From contig BPIC01000003.1 in the NCBI GenBank assembly GCA_026003895.1, positions 49,022-113,021 on the forward strand: a DNA stretch of 64,000 nucleotides. The letters run 5' to 3'. Below the pieces are notes generated by a model that searched no databases, had not been told where the DNA came from, and saw nothing but the letters and a program-made list of their open reading frames with translations. The translations under genes were made by a program, and so were the position numbers. This document shows, piece by piece, positions 50,083 to 59,330 of this stretch. Source of the stretch: Dehalococcoidia bacterium. GTDB lineage: Bacteria > Chloroflexota > Dehalococcoidia > SpSt-223. Position 1 is the stretch's first letter, and each line of letters begins with the position of its first letter.

Positions 50083-50795
50083 TGGAGTGCCAGCGCCGCC
50101 CGGAGGTCGAGCGTCCCATCGTAAATAGCGCGACCGACAATCGCGCCCGAGGCGCCGGCGTCGCGTACCGCTCGGACGTGATCGAGCGTCGCGATGCCGC
50201 CTGCCGCGATGACGGGGAGTCCAGATTCGCGAGCTGCCGCTTGGAGCGTTGCGAGGTTCGTGCCGCCGTGGGTACCGTCGTGAAGGATGTCAGTGACGAC
50301 CAGCCACCCGATCCCCGCTTCCCGGGCCGACCGCGCCAGTTCCTCAACCGTCCGGCTGCTCGATTCGCGCCACCCGCGCACTGCCACCACGCCGTCGCGG
50401 GCGTCGATGCCGAGTGCGACCCGCGACCCGAAGCGGGCGCCCGCCTCATGCAAGAACGTCGGATCCTCGATGGCGGCAGTGCCGATGATCGCCCGATCGA
50501 CTCCCTCGCCAAGTACGTCCTCCAACGTCTCGAGAGAGCGCAGGCCGCCGCCGAGCTGGATTGGGACTCCGACCGCCGCTCGGATCGCCCGCACGGCCGC
50601 GAGGTTGCGTGGACAGCCGGCGGCGGCGCCATCGAGATCGACGAGGTGCAGTCGTGTTGCGCCGGCGGCAACCCAGCGCTCAGCGGTCGCCACGGGATCG
50701 TCGGAAAAGACCGTCTCGCGGTTGTAATCCCCCTGAACGAGCCGGACGACCTTTCCACCGCGCAAATCGATCGCCGGAACTACCTCGAACTTCAT
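50076..50795 (-). CDS. hisA: ProFAR isomerase
   Basis: [26 protein letters not shown] and QLGGGLR motifs. Confidence 0.96.
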   Translation of the reverse strand: MKFEVVPAIDLRGGKVVRLVQGDYNRETVFSDDPVATAERWVAAGATRLHLVDLDGAAAGCPRNLAAVRAIRAAVGVPIQLGGGLRSLETLEDVLGEGVDRAIIGTAAIEDPTFLHEAGARFGSRVALGIDARDGVVAVRGWRESSSRTVEELARSAREAGIGWLVVTDILHDGTHGGTNLATLQAAARESGLPVIAAGGIATLDHVRAVRDAGASGAIVGRAIYDGTLDLRAALALQC

Positions 50796-51403
50796 CGCTG
50801 ACCGGCCATCCGACAGAAATTCTCGTAGATCCGGAGACCGCGCAGCCCGCTCTTCTCGGGATGGAACTGAGTCGCCACAACATTGTCGGCAGCCAGCACC
50901 GCCGGGAAACGGACAGCATACTCCGTCTCGCCGATCACCACCTCCGGATCGGCGGGGTCAGCGTAGTAGCTGTGCACGAAGTAGAAATAGCTGTCGTTCG
51001 GAATGCCCTCGAACAGCGGGTGATCCTTGCGCAGGTGCACGTGGTTCCAGCCCATATGCGGCACTTTGACGCCGGGCGGGATTCGCCGGACCCGGCCCGG
51101 CACGATGTCGAGGCAGGCCGCACCGCCATCCTCATCACTTTCGGTGAGCAACACCTGCAAGCCGATGCACACGCCGAAAAATGGCTTGCCAGCGCGCACC
51201 GCCGCCCGCAGCGGCTCGATGAGCCCTGCCTCACGCAACCCGCTCATTGTGTCGGCGGCTGCCCCGACGCCGGGCAAAATGACGGCGTCCGCCCGTTCGA
51301 CAACGCAGGGGTCGCTGGTGACGACGATCGGCGCTCCGACCTGCTCGAGCGCCTTGGCGACGCTCCGCAGGTTGCCGGCTCCGTAATTCACGACTGCAAT
51401 CAT
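50792..51403 (-). CDS. hisH: Imidazole glycerol phosphate synthase, glutaminase subunit
   Basis: YGAGNLRSV, LPGVG, GVCIGLQ, YFVHSY and QFHPEKS motifs. Confidence 0.97.
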   Translation of the reverse strand: MIAVVNYGAGNLRSVAKALEQVGAPIVVTSDPCVVERADAVILPGVGAAADTMSGLREAGLIEPLRAAVRAGKPFFGVCIGLQVLLTESDEDGGAACLDIVPGRVRRIPPGVKVPHMGWNHVHLRKDHPLFEGIPNDSYFYFVHSYYADPADPEVVIGETEYAVRFPAVLAADNVVATQFHPEKSGLRGLRIYENFCRMAGQR

Positions 51404-51632
51404 GATCCACGTCGGGAGAGAGGCTGGGAAAGACGCGCCTGTCTCCGGAGGTCTACAGCAATTCGCGGCAGGAGGAAGCCCGCCTGCAGCCGAGCGCCGA
51501 TGGATCCGGTCGGACAGCCTTGCGGCGGGGGGTGCTCAACTCCGCGGGCCAGGCACGATCGATAGCAAGCAAGCAGGTTGAACCGGCAGCCCAGCCAATG
51601 GTAGCATCGGGTCATCACCGAGACGCTGGAGC

Positions 51633-52325
51633 ATGGTGTCTCCGTCCGTCCGCTGGCCAATCCCGTTGTTGTTTGCCGTCACGACACTTGTCGCGCTCGG
51701 CGCCGCGTGCTCGCGTCCCGCGCCGGAGTGGGACGAGCCGACCCCGATCCCCGGGCTGGATCAGGTGCTGCGACCGAACGCCTCGCCCGCGCCGCTACGG
51801 CCGCAGTTTGTGATCCCGACGATGGCGCCTGTTCCGGCGACTCGCAACCCAGTTGGGTTGCCACCTGTGAAGGTGGCGACAGCGGTCGCGAACCCGCTGC
51901 ATTTGCGCATCCAAGCGATCGGGGTTGACCTGCCGATCCAGCCGAGCGCCCTGACACCGAACCGGGAGCTTGCCGCACCGAGCGATACGTTGGGCGTCGT
52001 CTGGTACAAGGACGGCGCCAAGCCGGGGATGCGCGGCAATGCCGTCCTCACGGGCCACGTCGATTGGCAAGGGCAGCCCGGCGCCTTCTACCGCCTGAAA
52101 GAGCTGCTGCCCGGTGACATCATTCAGATCTTCACCGCCGACGGACAGCAGTTCCTCTACACCGTCGACACCACGCAACTGTATAAGGCGGACGACGCAC
52201 CCGTCTCCGAGATCATGGGCGCCAAGGACATTCCGCTCTTGACGCTGATCACCTGCGAAGGCACGTGGGATCCCATCCGGCAGGACTACTCGCATCGCCG
52301 AGTCGTGCGGGCGATGTGGTATTGA
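51633..52325 (+). CDS. Class F sortase (predicted lipoprotein)
   Basis: LGAAC lipobox; NAVLTGHVD, LTLITC and RRVVRA catalytic His/Cys/Arg. Confidence 0.9.
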   Translation: MVSPSVRWPIPLLFAVTTLVALGAACSRPAPEWDEPTPIPGLDQVLRPNASPAPLRPQFVIPTMAPVPATRNPVGLPPVKVATAVANPLHLRIQAIGVDLPIQPSALTPNRELAAPSDTLGVVWYKDGAKPGMRGNAVLTGHVDWQGQPGAFYRLKELLPGDIIQIFTADGQQFLYTVDTTQLYKADDAPVSEIMGAKDIPLLTLITCEGTWDPIRQDYSHRRVVRAMWY

Positions 52326-53245
52326 TGGGCTTGCCCCCGACCGAACGGACGTCAGAAAACCTCCTGCTCGCTGGTGCACGGCAAGCGCGTCTGCCGCGGA
52401 ACCCGCTGCTTGCGACGCTCGTTCTGCTCGGCGGCGTGGTGGTCGCTCTGCTCGGCAGCGTTGTTGGGGCACTCGCTAGCGCCACGGTCCTCCTCGCGCC
52501 GGTTCCTCTAGGAGTGCGATCGGCGCTCTCCATCGCAGGCGCCTTCGCGGGCATTTGGTTCGGCCTGTTCCTGTGGGTGCGGCTCGTCGAGCGGCGACCG
52601 TTTCGCAGTGCCGGGTTCGTGGCGCGGCAGCCGTTGCTCCGCTACCTCCGCGGCGTTGCGATCGGAATAGCGATGTTCACGGCGGTCGTCGGATTGATGG
52701 TTCTCGCAGGAGCGGCCAGTGTCGATGGGGTCCGGTTGGACGGCGGTACGATCGCGACCCTCGCCGCGGCGGCGATTGGGTACAGCGTGCAGGGCTCGGC
52801 AGAGGAAGCGCTCCTGCGCGGCTGGCTGCTGCCGGTGGCCGCCGTTCGCTTTGGCCTCGTCGCCGCCTTGATCGTCCAAGCCGTGCTCTTCACGCTGCTC
52901 CACGGCCTCAACCCCGGCATCACGCTGATCGCCATCGTGAACCTCGCCCTTGTTTCGCTCTTCCTCGGCGTCTGGGCGCTGCGGGAGGAAAGCATCTGGG
53001 CGGTGATGGGCTGGCACGCCGCCTGGAACTGGACGCAAAGCACCGTCTTCGGGATAGCAGTGAGCGGGCTCCCGCCGAGTGAGTCCCTCCTTCAGGTGAA
53101 GGTGGTCGGCCCAGATTGGCTCACTGGGGGGATCTTCGGCGCGGAGTCGACAATTCTCGCCAGCCTCGTCCTCACCGCAGGACTGCTGACAGCGCTCCTG
53201 TTGCGGCGGCCCGCCGCGTCGACCGAGTCACCGTTGGATCGGTAG
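52325..53245 (+). CDS. CPBP intramembrane metalloprotease
   Basis: EEALLRG, FTLLH and HAAWN motifs. TGATG overlap with the sortase. Confidence 0.9.
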   Translation: MGLPPTERTSENLLLAGARQARLPRNPLLATLVLLGGVVVALLGSVVGALASATVLLAPVPLGVRSALSIAGAFAGIWFGLFLWVRLVERRPFRSAGFVARQPLLRYLRGVAIGIAMFTAVVGLMVLAGAASVDGVRLDGGTIATLAAAAIGYSVQGSAEEALLRGWLLPVAAVRFGLVAALIVQAVLFTLLHGLNPGITLIAIVNLALVSLFLGVWALREESIWAVMGWHAAWNWTQSTVFGIAVSGLPPSESLLQVKVVGPDWLTGGIFGAESTILASLVLTAGLLTALLLRRPAASTESPLDR

Positions 53246-53317
53246 CGGCGGCACTTCCGAAGCTGCACGGCCCGAGGCGTTCTGGCGCGCTCGGCCTCAC
53301 CGCTGCGGATGGACAAA

Positions 53318-53746
53318 TCAGGGCTGGGATCCGCCGACCCAATCGTTCTGGGCCGGCACGGACGCCACCTCGACGTCGGCGAAGACCAGCCGGAGCGTAT
53401 AGGCGGTCGTCTCAAGGATCGCTTCGTACATTGGAAGACCGAGAGCTTCCGACCACCGCGCCGCCTTCGCGGACTGGTCGACGAGCGTAATATCGCTCGT
53501 GGCGACGGCGTTTGTCACCGCGGAGTCGTCCTCTCGGATCGCCTCCGGCCGGGCGGCGTAGGCCACTTCGACGCAGTGGGTGAAGATCAAGGTCGTTGTC
53601 GCGAGTTGAACCGGCTGCCCACCTTCGGGCGACGCACCGTCAATTTCGAGGACGACTTCGTAGTGGCGGGCGCCGGCGGCGAAGCCGTGCCCGGTTACCA
53701 ATTGTCCGGCAACGCCAACCTGATCGAGTGTCTCGCGCAGCGGCAT
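53318..53746 (-). CDS. YxiG-like hypothetical protein
   Basis: GGAGG SD. The pattern GHGF...R.Y.V..E...IF..CVE and AARWSEALGLPMYEAILET..YTLRLVF.D resembles YxiG-like proteins (from recall, not a search). Confidence 0.6.
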   Translation of the reverse strand: MPLRETLDQVGVAGQLVTGHGFAAGARHYEVVLEIDGASPEGGQPVQLATTTLIFTHCVEVAYAARPEAIREDDSAVTNAVATSDITLVDQSAKAARWSEALGLPMYEAILETTAYTLRLVFADVEVASVPAQNDWVGGSQP

Positions 53747-54041
53747 CGTCCCCTCCTGCCGTCCCGGACGGGAAGCTCGTTAAAGCGAACAACCCGCTCG
53801 CCGGAAGTGAGCGGGTTGCCGGGAGAAGAACGATCCAGTCGCGTCTACTGGCAGGGTCATCGCTGTTCGGCGCGCTGACACCTGGCTTGCGGGCAACACC
53901 CACGCCGGACGTGAAGTGCAGCCGCCGCATCAGGCGGTCCACCGACTGGCGACGTGCATCTTTGCCCACCTTGATCAGCCGCCCATTGGCGACCACCGCG
54001 TAGGGGTGCGAGGCCTGGTCGCGCAGAATCTTCACCGTCAT
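53640..54041 (-). CDS. Hypothetical basic protein (3' end uncertain)
   Basis: Perfect AAAGGAGGTGA SD before ATG 54041; the frame runs 107 nt into the next gene. Confidence 0.45.
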   Translation of the reverse strand: MTVKILRDQASHPYAVVANGRLIKVGKDARRQSVDRLMRRLHFTSGVGVARKPGVSAPNSDDPASRRDWIVLLPATRSLPASGLFALTSFPSGTAGGDDAAARDTRSGWRCRTIGNRARLRRRRPPLRSRPRN

Positions 54042-54339
54042 CCCACTCACCTCCTTTCCATCGTTCTCGCTCGTTCGCAGCCCAGGCAACGGTCGGGGTG
54101 TTCTGCAACGGCGTCGACCGAGTATAGCCCAGTTAGGCTGCTGCCGCCACCGTTTCGCTGCGTTTTCCCCGCCGTTTTTACCCGAGTCTCAGAGGCCGCT
54201 CGTTCGTTAATTCGGCGCAGCAGTCGTCTCGCGTCAGTACCTCCGTCGCAGGTTCCCCTGAACCTCGGCGGTGCTGGGGCGGATCCCCACTGGCGCACCG
54301 CGAGAAGGGAGGGCGGCGTACAATCAGAGGAAAGCGCAG

Positions 54340-55662
54340 ATGTCCTCCATCTTCTCAGCCGAGATTCTGATCATCGTGTTGTTGATCCTGCTCAATGGGA
54401 TCTTCGCGATGTCAGAGATCGCGGTCGTCTCTGCCCGGCGTGTCCGGCTGCAACAGCGGGCCGAGCGCGGCGACCGATCGGCACAGGCCGCGCTTGCGTT
54501 GGCGGAAGCGCCCGGCCCCTTCCTCTCAACGGTTCAGATCGGCATCACGCTCATCGGGATTCTCGCCGGCGCCTACGGCGGCGCGTCCATCGCCGAGCAG
54601 ATTGGCGCAGCGATTGCCGCCATCGAGCCGCTTGCGCCCTACGCCGAGCTCATCGGCGTTGGGGTGGTGGTGCTGGCCATCACCTACTTGTCGCTCGTCC
54701 TTGGCGAACTCGTTCCGAAGCGGTTGGCGCTCGGGAACCCAGAGGGCATCGCCCGCGCCGTTGCCCGGCCGATGACGGTCCTTTCACGCCTCGCCAGTCC
54801 CGGTGTCCGTCTGCTTGACGCTTCCCAGAATATCGTCCTAACTCTGTTGCGCATTCGTCCTACCCAAGAGCCCCCCGTGACCGAGGACGAAATTCGCATC
54901 CTGATTCGGCAGGGAGCGGCAGCGGGCGTCTTCGTCCAAGAGGAACGGGAGATGGTAGAAGCCGTCTTCCGGCTCGCCGACGCCCGCGCCGAGCAGTTGA
55001 TGGTGCCGCGCAGTCAGATCGTCTGGTTGCGTGCCGGCGACCCCCCCCGAACGGCACTGGCAAACCATCGTCCGCAGCGGTCACACGTGGTACCCTCGTT
55101 CGCGGGGAGAGCGTCGACGATGTGCTCGGCATCGTCTCGTTGAAACAGATCTTCGCCCGGGTCGCCGCTGGCACCCCGCTCGCTTCCATCGACATTACCG
55201 CGCTCGTCACGCCGCCGCTCTACATCCCGAAGACCTCTTCGGGCCTTCGAGATCCTCGATCGGTTTCGCGAACAGAAGACCCATCTCGCCGTTGTGCTGG
55301 ATGAGTTCGGCGGCGTCGACGGGCTGATCACGCTGAACGACATCGCCGAAGGCATCTTCGGGTCGGTCGCAACCGTCGAGCCGGAGCCGGCGATCATCCG
55401 GCGGGACGACGGGACCTATCTCGTCGACGGGCTCGTGGAACTCGACCGGTTTTTCGAGACGTTTCACGTTGACGAACCGCTCAGCGACGCCGGCGAGGAG
55501 ATCGAGACCGTCGCCGGGCTGGCGCTCGCGGCATTCGGCCGGCTCCCACGGGTTGGTGAACGGGCGACTTGGAACGGACTGGAATTTGAAATCGTCCAAA
55601 TGGATGGACACCGCATCGCTCGCCTCGCAATACGGCCCGCGGCGAAGGACGCTACACCATGA
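54340..55662 (+). pseudogene. Hemolysin-family (TlyC/CorC: CNNM + CBS + CorC) protein, three +1 frameshifts as sequenced
   Basis: NGIFAMSEIAVVS, TVQIGIT, GELVPK and DEFGGVDGLITLNDI motifs. Homologous CBS sequence passes through frames 1, 2, 3 and back to 1 between 55041 and about 55240. Confidence 0.85.
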
Positions 55663-57527
55663 AGAAGCTCACCGTACTCCTGCTTGCCCTCTTGGCTGGG
55701 CTCGCGCTCCTTCCGCTCGCTGCACACGCCCAAACACGCTCGGTAACCATGCCGCGGCGGGATGCCGAGATCACGATCTTGCCGAATGGCGATGTGCAGT
55801 TCGTCGAAACGTGGGTCGTCCAATTCATAGGCGGACCGTTTCAGCAGGCGTTTCGCAACATCCCCACCGCGCAGACAACGGGAATCACGGACATCGCCAT
55901 CAGTGAGGGGACGACCATCTACCGCCGAACGACGGGCTCCGGCACGCCAAACACCTACAGCGTGACCGAAACGGGCGGCGAGGTGCGAATCCAATGGTAT
56001 TTCCCCGCAACGACCAACGCGACACGCACATGGACGCTGCGCTACACCGTGCACGGCTCGCTCTACATCTACCCAGCAGGAGATCAGTTCTACTGGAAGT
56101 TCATCGAAAGCGACCGCCAATACACGATCGAGGCATCGCGGGTGCGGCTGACGCTGCCTGCCGAAACCAGCCCGGACCAAATTCGGGCGACGACCTACAC
56201 CAACGTCCGCGAGACCGGCGGCGCCCAAGTGATCGACGGGCGGACGGTCGAATTTAGCGGTGGGCCCTTTCCCTCGGGCGTCGAGTGGGAGCTGCGCGCT
56301 CAGTTCCCCTCTGACCTCGTGGATGCCAGCCCTGCGCCGTGGCAAGTCGATCGTGACCGCGAGCCAATCTACACGCTGATTGGACTCTTCTTCGCGTTGG
56401 TGGTCGGGATTGCCGGTCCGGTTGGCGTGGTGCTGCTCTGGTTCCTGCGCGGCCGTGACGAGCGGCCAGCGATGGTGGCCGAGTTCCTCGCCACGCCGCC
56501 GGACGATTTGCGGCCGGGCGTGGCCGGCGTTCTGCTCGATGAGCGCGCCGATCTGCAAGATATCATCGCCACGCTGGTTGACCTCGCGCGACGCGGGTAC
56601 ATCCGAATCATCGAGCGGGACGACAACGGCTCGAACCGATTCCGGTTCGTCCGCGAGCAAGGTGATCAAGGGGCGCTGCTCCCCCACGAGCGGCTGCTGC
56701 TGGATGCCGTCTTCGGCAATGACACGGAAAAGGACCTTCGCGAGCTACGCAACAAGTTTTACTTGCAGATTCCTTCGCTCCAAAAGGCGCTGACGCGCGC
56801 GGCGGTGGAGGCCGGTTTCTTCCCCCGCAGTCCCGCTTCGACACGGGCGATCTACGCCGCGCTCGGCGTGCTTGTTTTGCTCGGCGGGATTGGCGCGTTT
56901 GTGCTTGGGGCGCTGTTGCCCTCAGCGCTGCTGTCGCGAATCATCGGGTTCCCAAGCATCTCGGTGATGCTCACCGGGCTCCTGCTGCTGATCTTCAGCC
57001 CGGCGATGCCGCGCCGAACGGTGAAGGGCTCGCAGGCGGCTGCCAAGTGGCGCGCCTTTCGACGCTACCTCGAACACGTCGAGCGCTACACCAACGTCGC
57101 CGAGGCGAAGGACCAGTTCGAGCGCTACCTGCCATATGCGATCGCCTTCGGCGTCGAGCGACGTTGGGTCGACCGGTTCGCTCGAGCGGGCGCCCCGGCG
57201 CCAGTCTGGTACGTGCCGTATCCGGTGTACCAATCGGGCGGCTGGGAACGCGGCCGTCAGACAAGCGGTGACTGGGCCGGCTCGGCCGACAGCGCCGGCG
57301 CTGTCGGCCGCGGCAGCAGCGGCGGCCTGCCGTCGCTCGACAGCGCGGCAGCGCGCTCGCTGGGTGGGCTCAACGCGATGAGCGCCGGTTTGTTCTCGAT
57401 GCTTAACTCCACGTCCTCGGTTTTCACCAGTGCGCCGCGGTCCTCGGGTAGCAGCGGAGGAGGCTGGTCCGGTGGTGGCGGCGGCGGCGGCGGTGGTGGC
57501 GGCGGCGGTTCGAGCGGCTTCGGCTAG
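55659..57527 (+). CDS. DUF2207 membrane protein
   Basis: Signal peptide, ITILPNGDVQFVET, QFYWKFI, LVDLARRGYI, W.AFRRYL, YLPYAIAFG and a Gly/Ser-rich C-terminus. ATGA overlap. Confidence 0.9.
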   Translation: MKKLTVLLLALLAGLALLPLAAHAQTRSVTMPRRDAEITILPNGDVQFVETWVVQFIGGPFQQAFRNIPTAQTTGITDIAISEGTTIYRRTTGSGTPNTYSVTETGGEVRIQWYFPATTNATRTWTLRYTVHGSLYIYPAGDQFYWKFIESDRQYTIEASRVRLTLPAETSPDQIRATTYTNVRETGGAQVIDGRTVEFSGGPFPSGVEWELRAQFPSDLVDASPAPWQVDRDREPIYTLIGLFFALVVGIAGPVGVVLLWFLRGRDERPAMVAEFLATPPDDLRPGVAGVLLDERADLQDIIATLVDLARRGYIRIIERDDNGSNRFRFVREQGDQGALLPHERLLLDAVFGNDTEKDLRELRNKFYLQIPSLQKALTRAAVEAGFFPRSPASTRAIYAALGVLVLLGGIGAFVLGALLPSALLSRIIGFPSISVMLTGLLLLIFSPAMPRRTVKGSQAAAKWRAFRRYLEHVERYTNVAEAKDQFERYLPYAIAFGVERRWVDRFARAGAPAPVWYVPYPVYQSGGWERGRQTSGDWAGSADSAGAVGRGSSGGLPSLDSAAARSLGGLNAMSAGLFSMLNSTSSVFTSAPRSSGSSGGGWSGGGGGGGGGGGGGSSGFG

Positions 57528-57700
57528 GGGAGCGATTGCTCGTGGCGGCCGCTGCAAAGCGCGCGGGGCTGCCTCGGCACCGTCGTTGGGCGGGTGCGGT
57601 CGACGACCGGACGCCGAGGGCGCTGCGAGAACCGGTCGAGTGAGGCTCCGGCGGTTTCGAAGATCTCCGCCCCTCGACGGGGCGCGAATGGACAAGGCGA

Positions 57701-58216
57701 ATGGGACGAGTGCTCGGCATCATCTTGATCGCGGTCGGCGTCGGGATCTGCGCCCTCGTGTCGCTGTTCCTCGGCTCCGGTCTCATCACGAACCAACTCA
57801 CTCTCGCCGGCGCAGTGCTGGGCGTCGCCCTGTTCGGTGGCGTACCGCTCATTCTGTTGGGAGGGGTCGGCGGTTTCATCTTCATGCGGGGCCGCGCCGA
57901 AGAAAAAGAACTGGCCGAGATCCGCAAAAAGGAGCGGTTGCTGGGCATGATCTCGGCGCAGGGCCAGGTGTCGCTCGGCTCGGCAATGATCGAAATGAAG
58001 ATGACGCGCGACGAGGTGCAAAACGCGATCTACGATCTCGTCAATCAGGGCCTCTTCGCCGGCTACATCGACTGGACCACGCAAACGTTCTACTCGAAGG
58101 ACGCTGCTCAAGTCGGCAGCACCAAGTGCCCAAACTGCGGAGGCGTTCGGGAGGTCGCCGGCAAAGGGATCGTGCGCTGCCCCTATTGCGGGGTGACGCT
58201 CTTCATCCCCGCGTGA
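57701..58216 (+). CDS. Membrane-anchored PCI/winged-helix-like protein with C-terminal Zn ribbon
   Basis: Two TM helices, an HTH-like QGQVSL...EMKM..DEV...IYDLV..GLF.GYIDW segment, and CPNC...CPYC. Confidence 0.78.
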   Translation: MGRVLGIILIAVGVGICALVSLFLGSGLITNQLTLAGAVLGVALFGGVPLILLGGVGGFIFMRGRAEEKELAEIRKKERLLGMISAQGQVSLGSAMIEMKMTRDEVQNAIYDLVNQGLFAGYIDWTTQTFYSKDAAQVGSTKCPNCGGVREVAGKGIVRCPYCGVTLFIPA

Positions 58217-58292
58217 GCACCTCGCGCGATTCGGCGCACGAGGCGGCCGAACGAGGCGACGCTTCGAGAGGGCAGAACCTGAGGAGGGCGGC

Positions 58293-58931
58293 ATGAACCG
58301 AGATCCGTTGCCAATCACCGTCTGGAGCGACTTCGTCTGACCCTGGTGCTTTATGGCGGTGTCCGGTCTGGACGCCTTGAGCCGAACCGAGCCGATCGTC
58401 GTCACGTGGAAGGCCTTCGAGCTGCGCCCGCCGGAAGCGCCGCCCCTGCCCCCGCAGGTGGTCGAACAGTACCGGCAACGCATCGCCGCGAGCAGCGAGC
58501 GAATGCGCCAGCACGCCCGGGCGGTGTTCGGCCTCGAGATGCGCCAGCCCGAGCGCCCCTCCTCGAGCCGGCTGGCGCATCAGGCCGCCAAATGGGCGGA
58601 GGATCGCGGCGCAGGTGACTGCTACCGCCGGGCGCTCTTTGCCGCCTATTGGCAGGAGGGACGCGACATCGGCGACCCCGCCGTTCTCCAAGCGCTCGCC
58701 GAGGCCTGTGGGTTGGATGCGTCTGCATTGGCGGCAGACCTTGCCGCCGGCCGCTACGTCGAGGAGGTCCGCGCCGACAGCGCCGAAGCGCATGAAGCGG
58801 GGCTTTCTGGCGTCCCCGCCTTCGTCTTCGCCGGCAAATACCTTGTCACCGGAGCCCAGCCGCCCGACACCCTGCGCCGTATCGCCGAGCTCGTTCGCGA
58901 GAAACTCGCCAACGAGTCTGCCTCCTCCTGA
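58293..58931 (+). CDS. DsbA/FrnE-family oxidoreductase, predicted selenoprotein (Sec16, UPWC)
   Basis: ATG 58293 with GAGGAGGG SD. Reads ITVWSDFV-TGA(58338-58340)-PWCF in frame with ORF 58353-58931. AFEL.P, GVPAFVF and GAQP motifs follow. Confidence 0.9.
58355..58376 (+). promoter_or_regulatory. Bacterial SECIS-like hairpin
   Basis: GGC-(GGT bulge)-GTCC-[GGTCT]-GGAC-GCC starting 15 nt after the TGA; the apical loop GGUCU matches E. coli fdhF SECIS. Confidence 0.75.
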
Positions 58932-59298
58932 GGCGACCTTCGCGCGGCGACGCCCTTTGGCGCCGCCCCTGCGTACCACGGAGGGCTGCCGGCGGCTCGT
59001 CTGAACCGCCGGGCGCGATCGACAGCCACGAACGGATGTGATGGTCAGGCTGCGGACGTTGAGCGGTTGCGACAAACCGCGCCGAGGTTCGAACCGGAAC
59101 GTCCCGGACATCAGCCTTGTCGATGTGGTGGCCGATTGGCCGGCCTCTCGGAGCCGATGACGATGACCGTCGGAACACGCGGACTTGCCACACGGTCAAC
59201 GACATTCGATGGTAGCCTCAACGCGCTCACGAGGACGTGCGGCATGCTGGGCCTTCGACCGATGGGCGAGCCCAGTCGCTTGAAACCCGCGCGGTGTG

Positions 59299-59310
59299 AT
59301 ACATTTGTTC
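59299..59310 (+). promoter_or_regulatory. Possible LexA (GAAC-N4-GTTC type) operator
   Basis: ATAC-ATTT-GTTC 20 nt upstream of radA; 2 mismatches in the left arm. Confidence 0.4.
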
Positions 59311-59330
59311 TATTCAGCGGCGAGGCGAGC

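Noticed and set aside
51404-51632. T-box or His leader peptide upstream of hisH
   Set aside because: No T-box consensus and no His-codon run found.
57460-57527. GGC/GGT tandem repeats
   Set aside because: Normal Gly-rich DUF2207 tail, not a separate repeat element.
59067-59330. N-terminal extension of RadA in the ORF track
   Set aside because: Family homology begins at ATG 59331.
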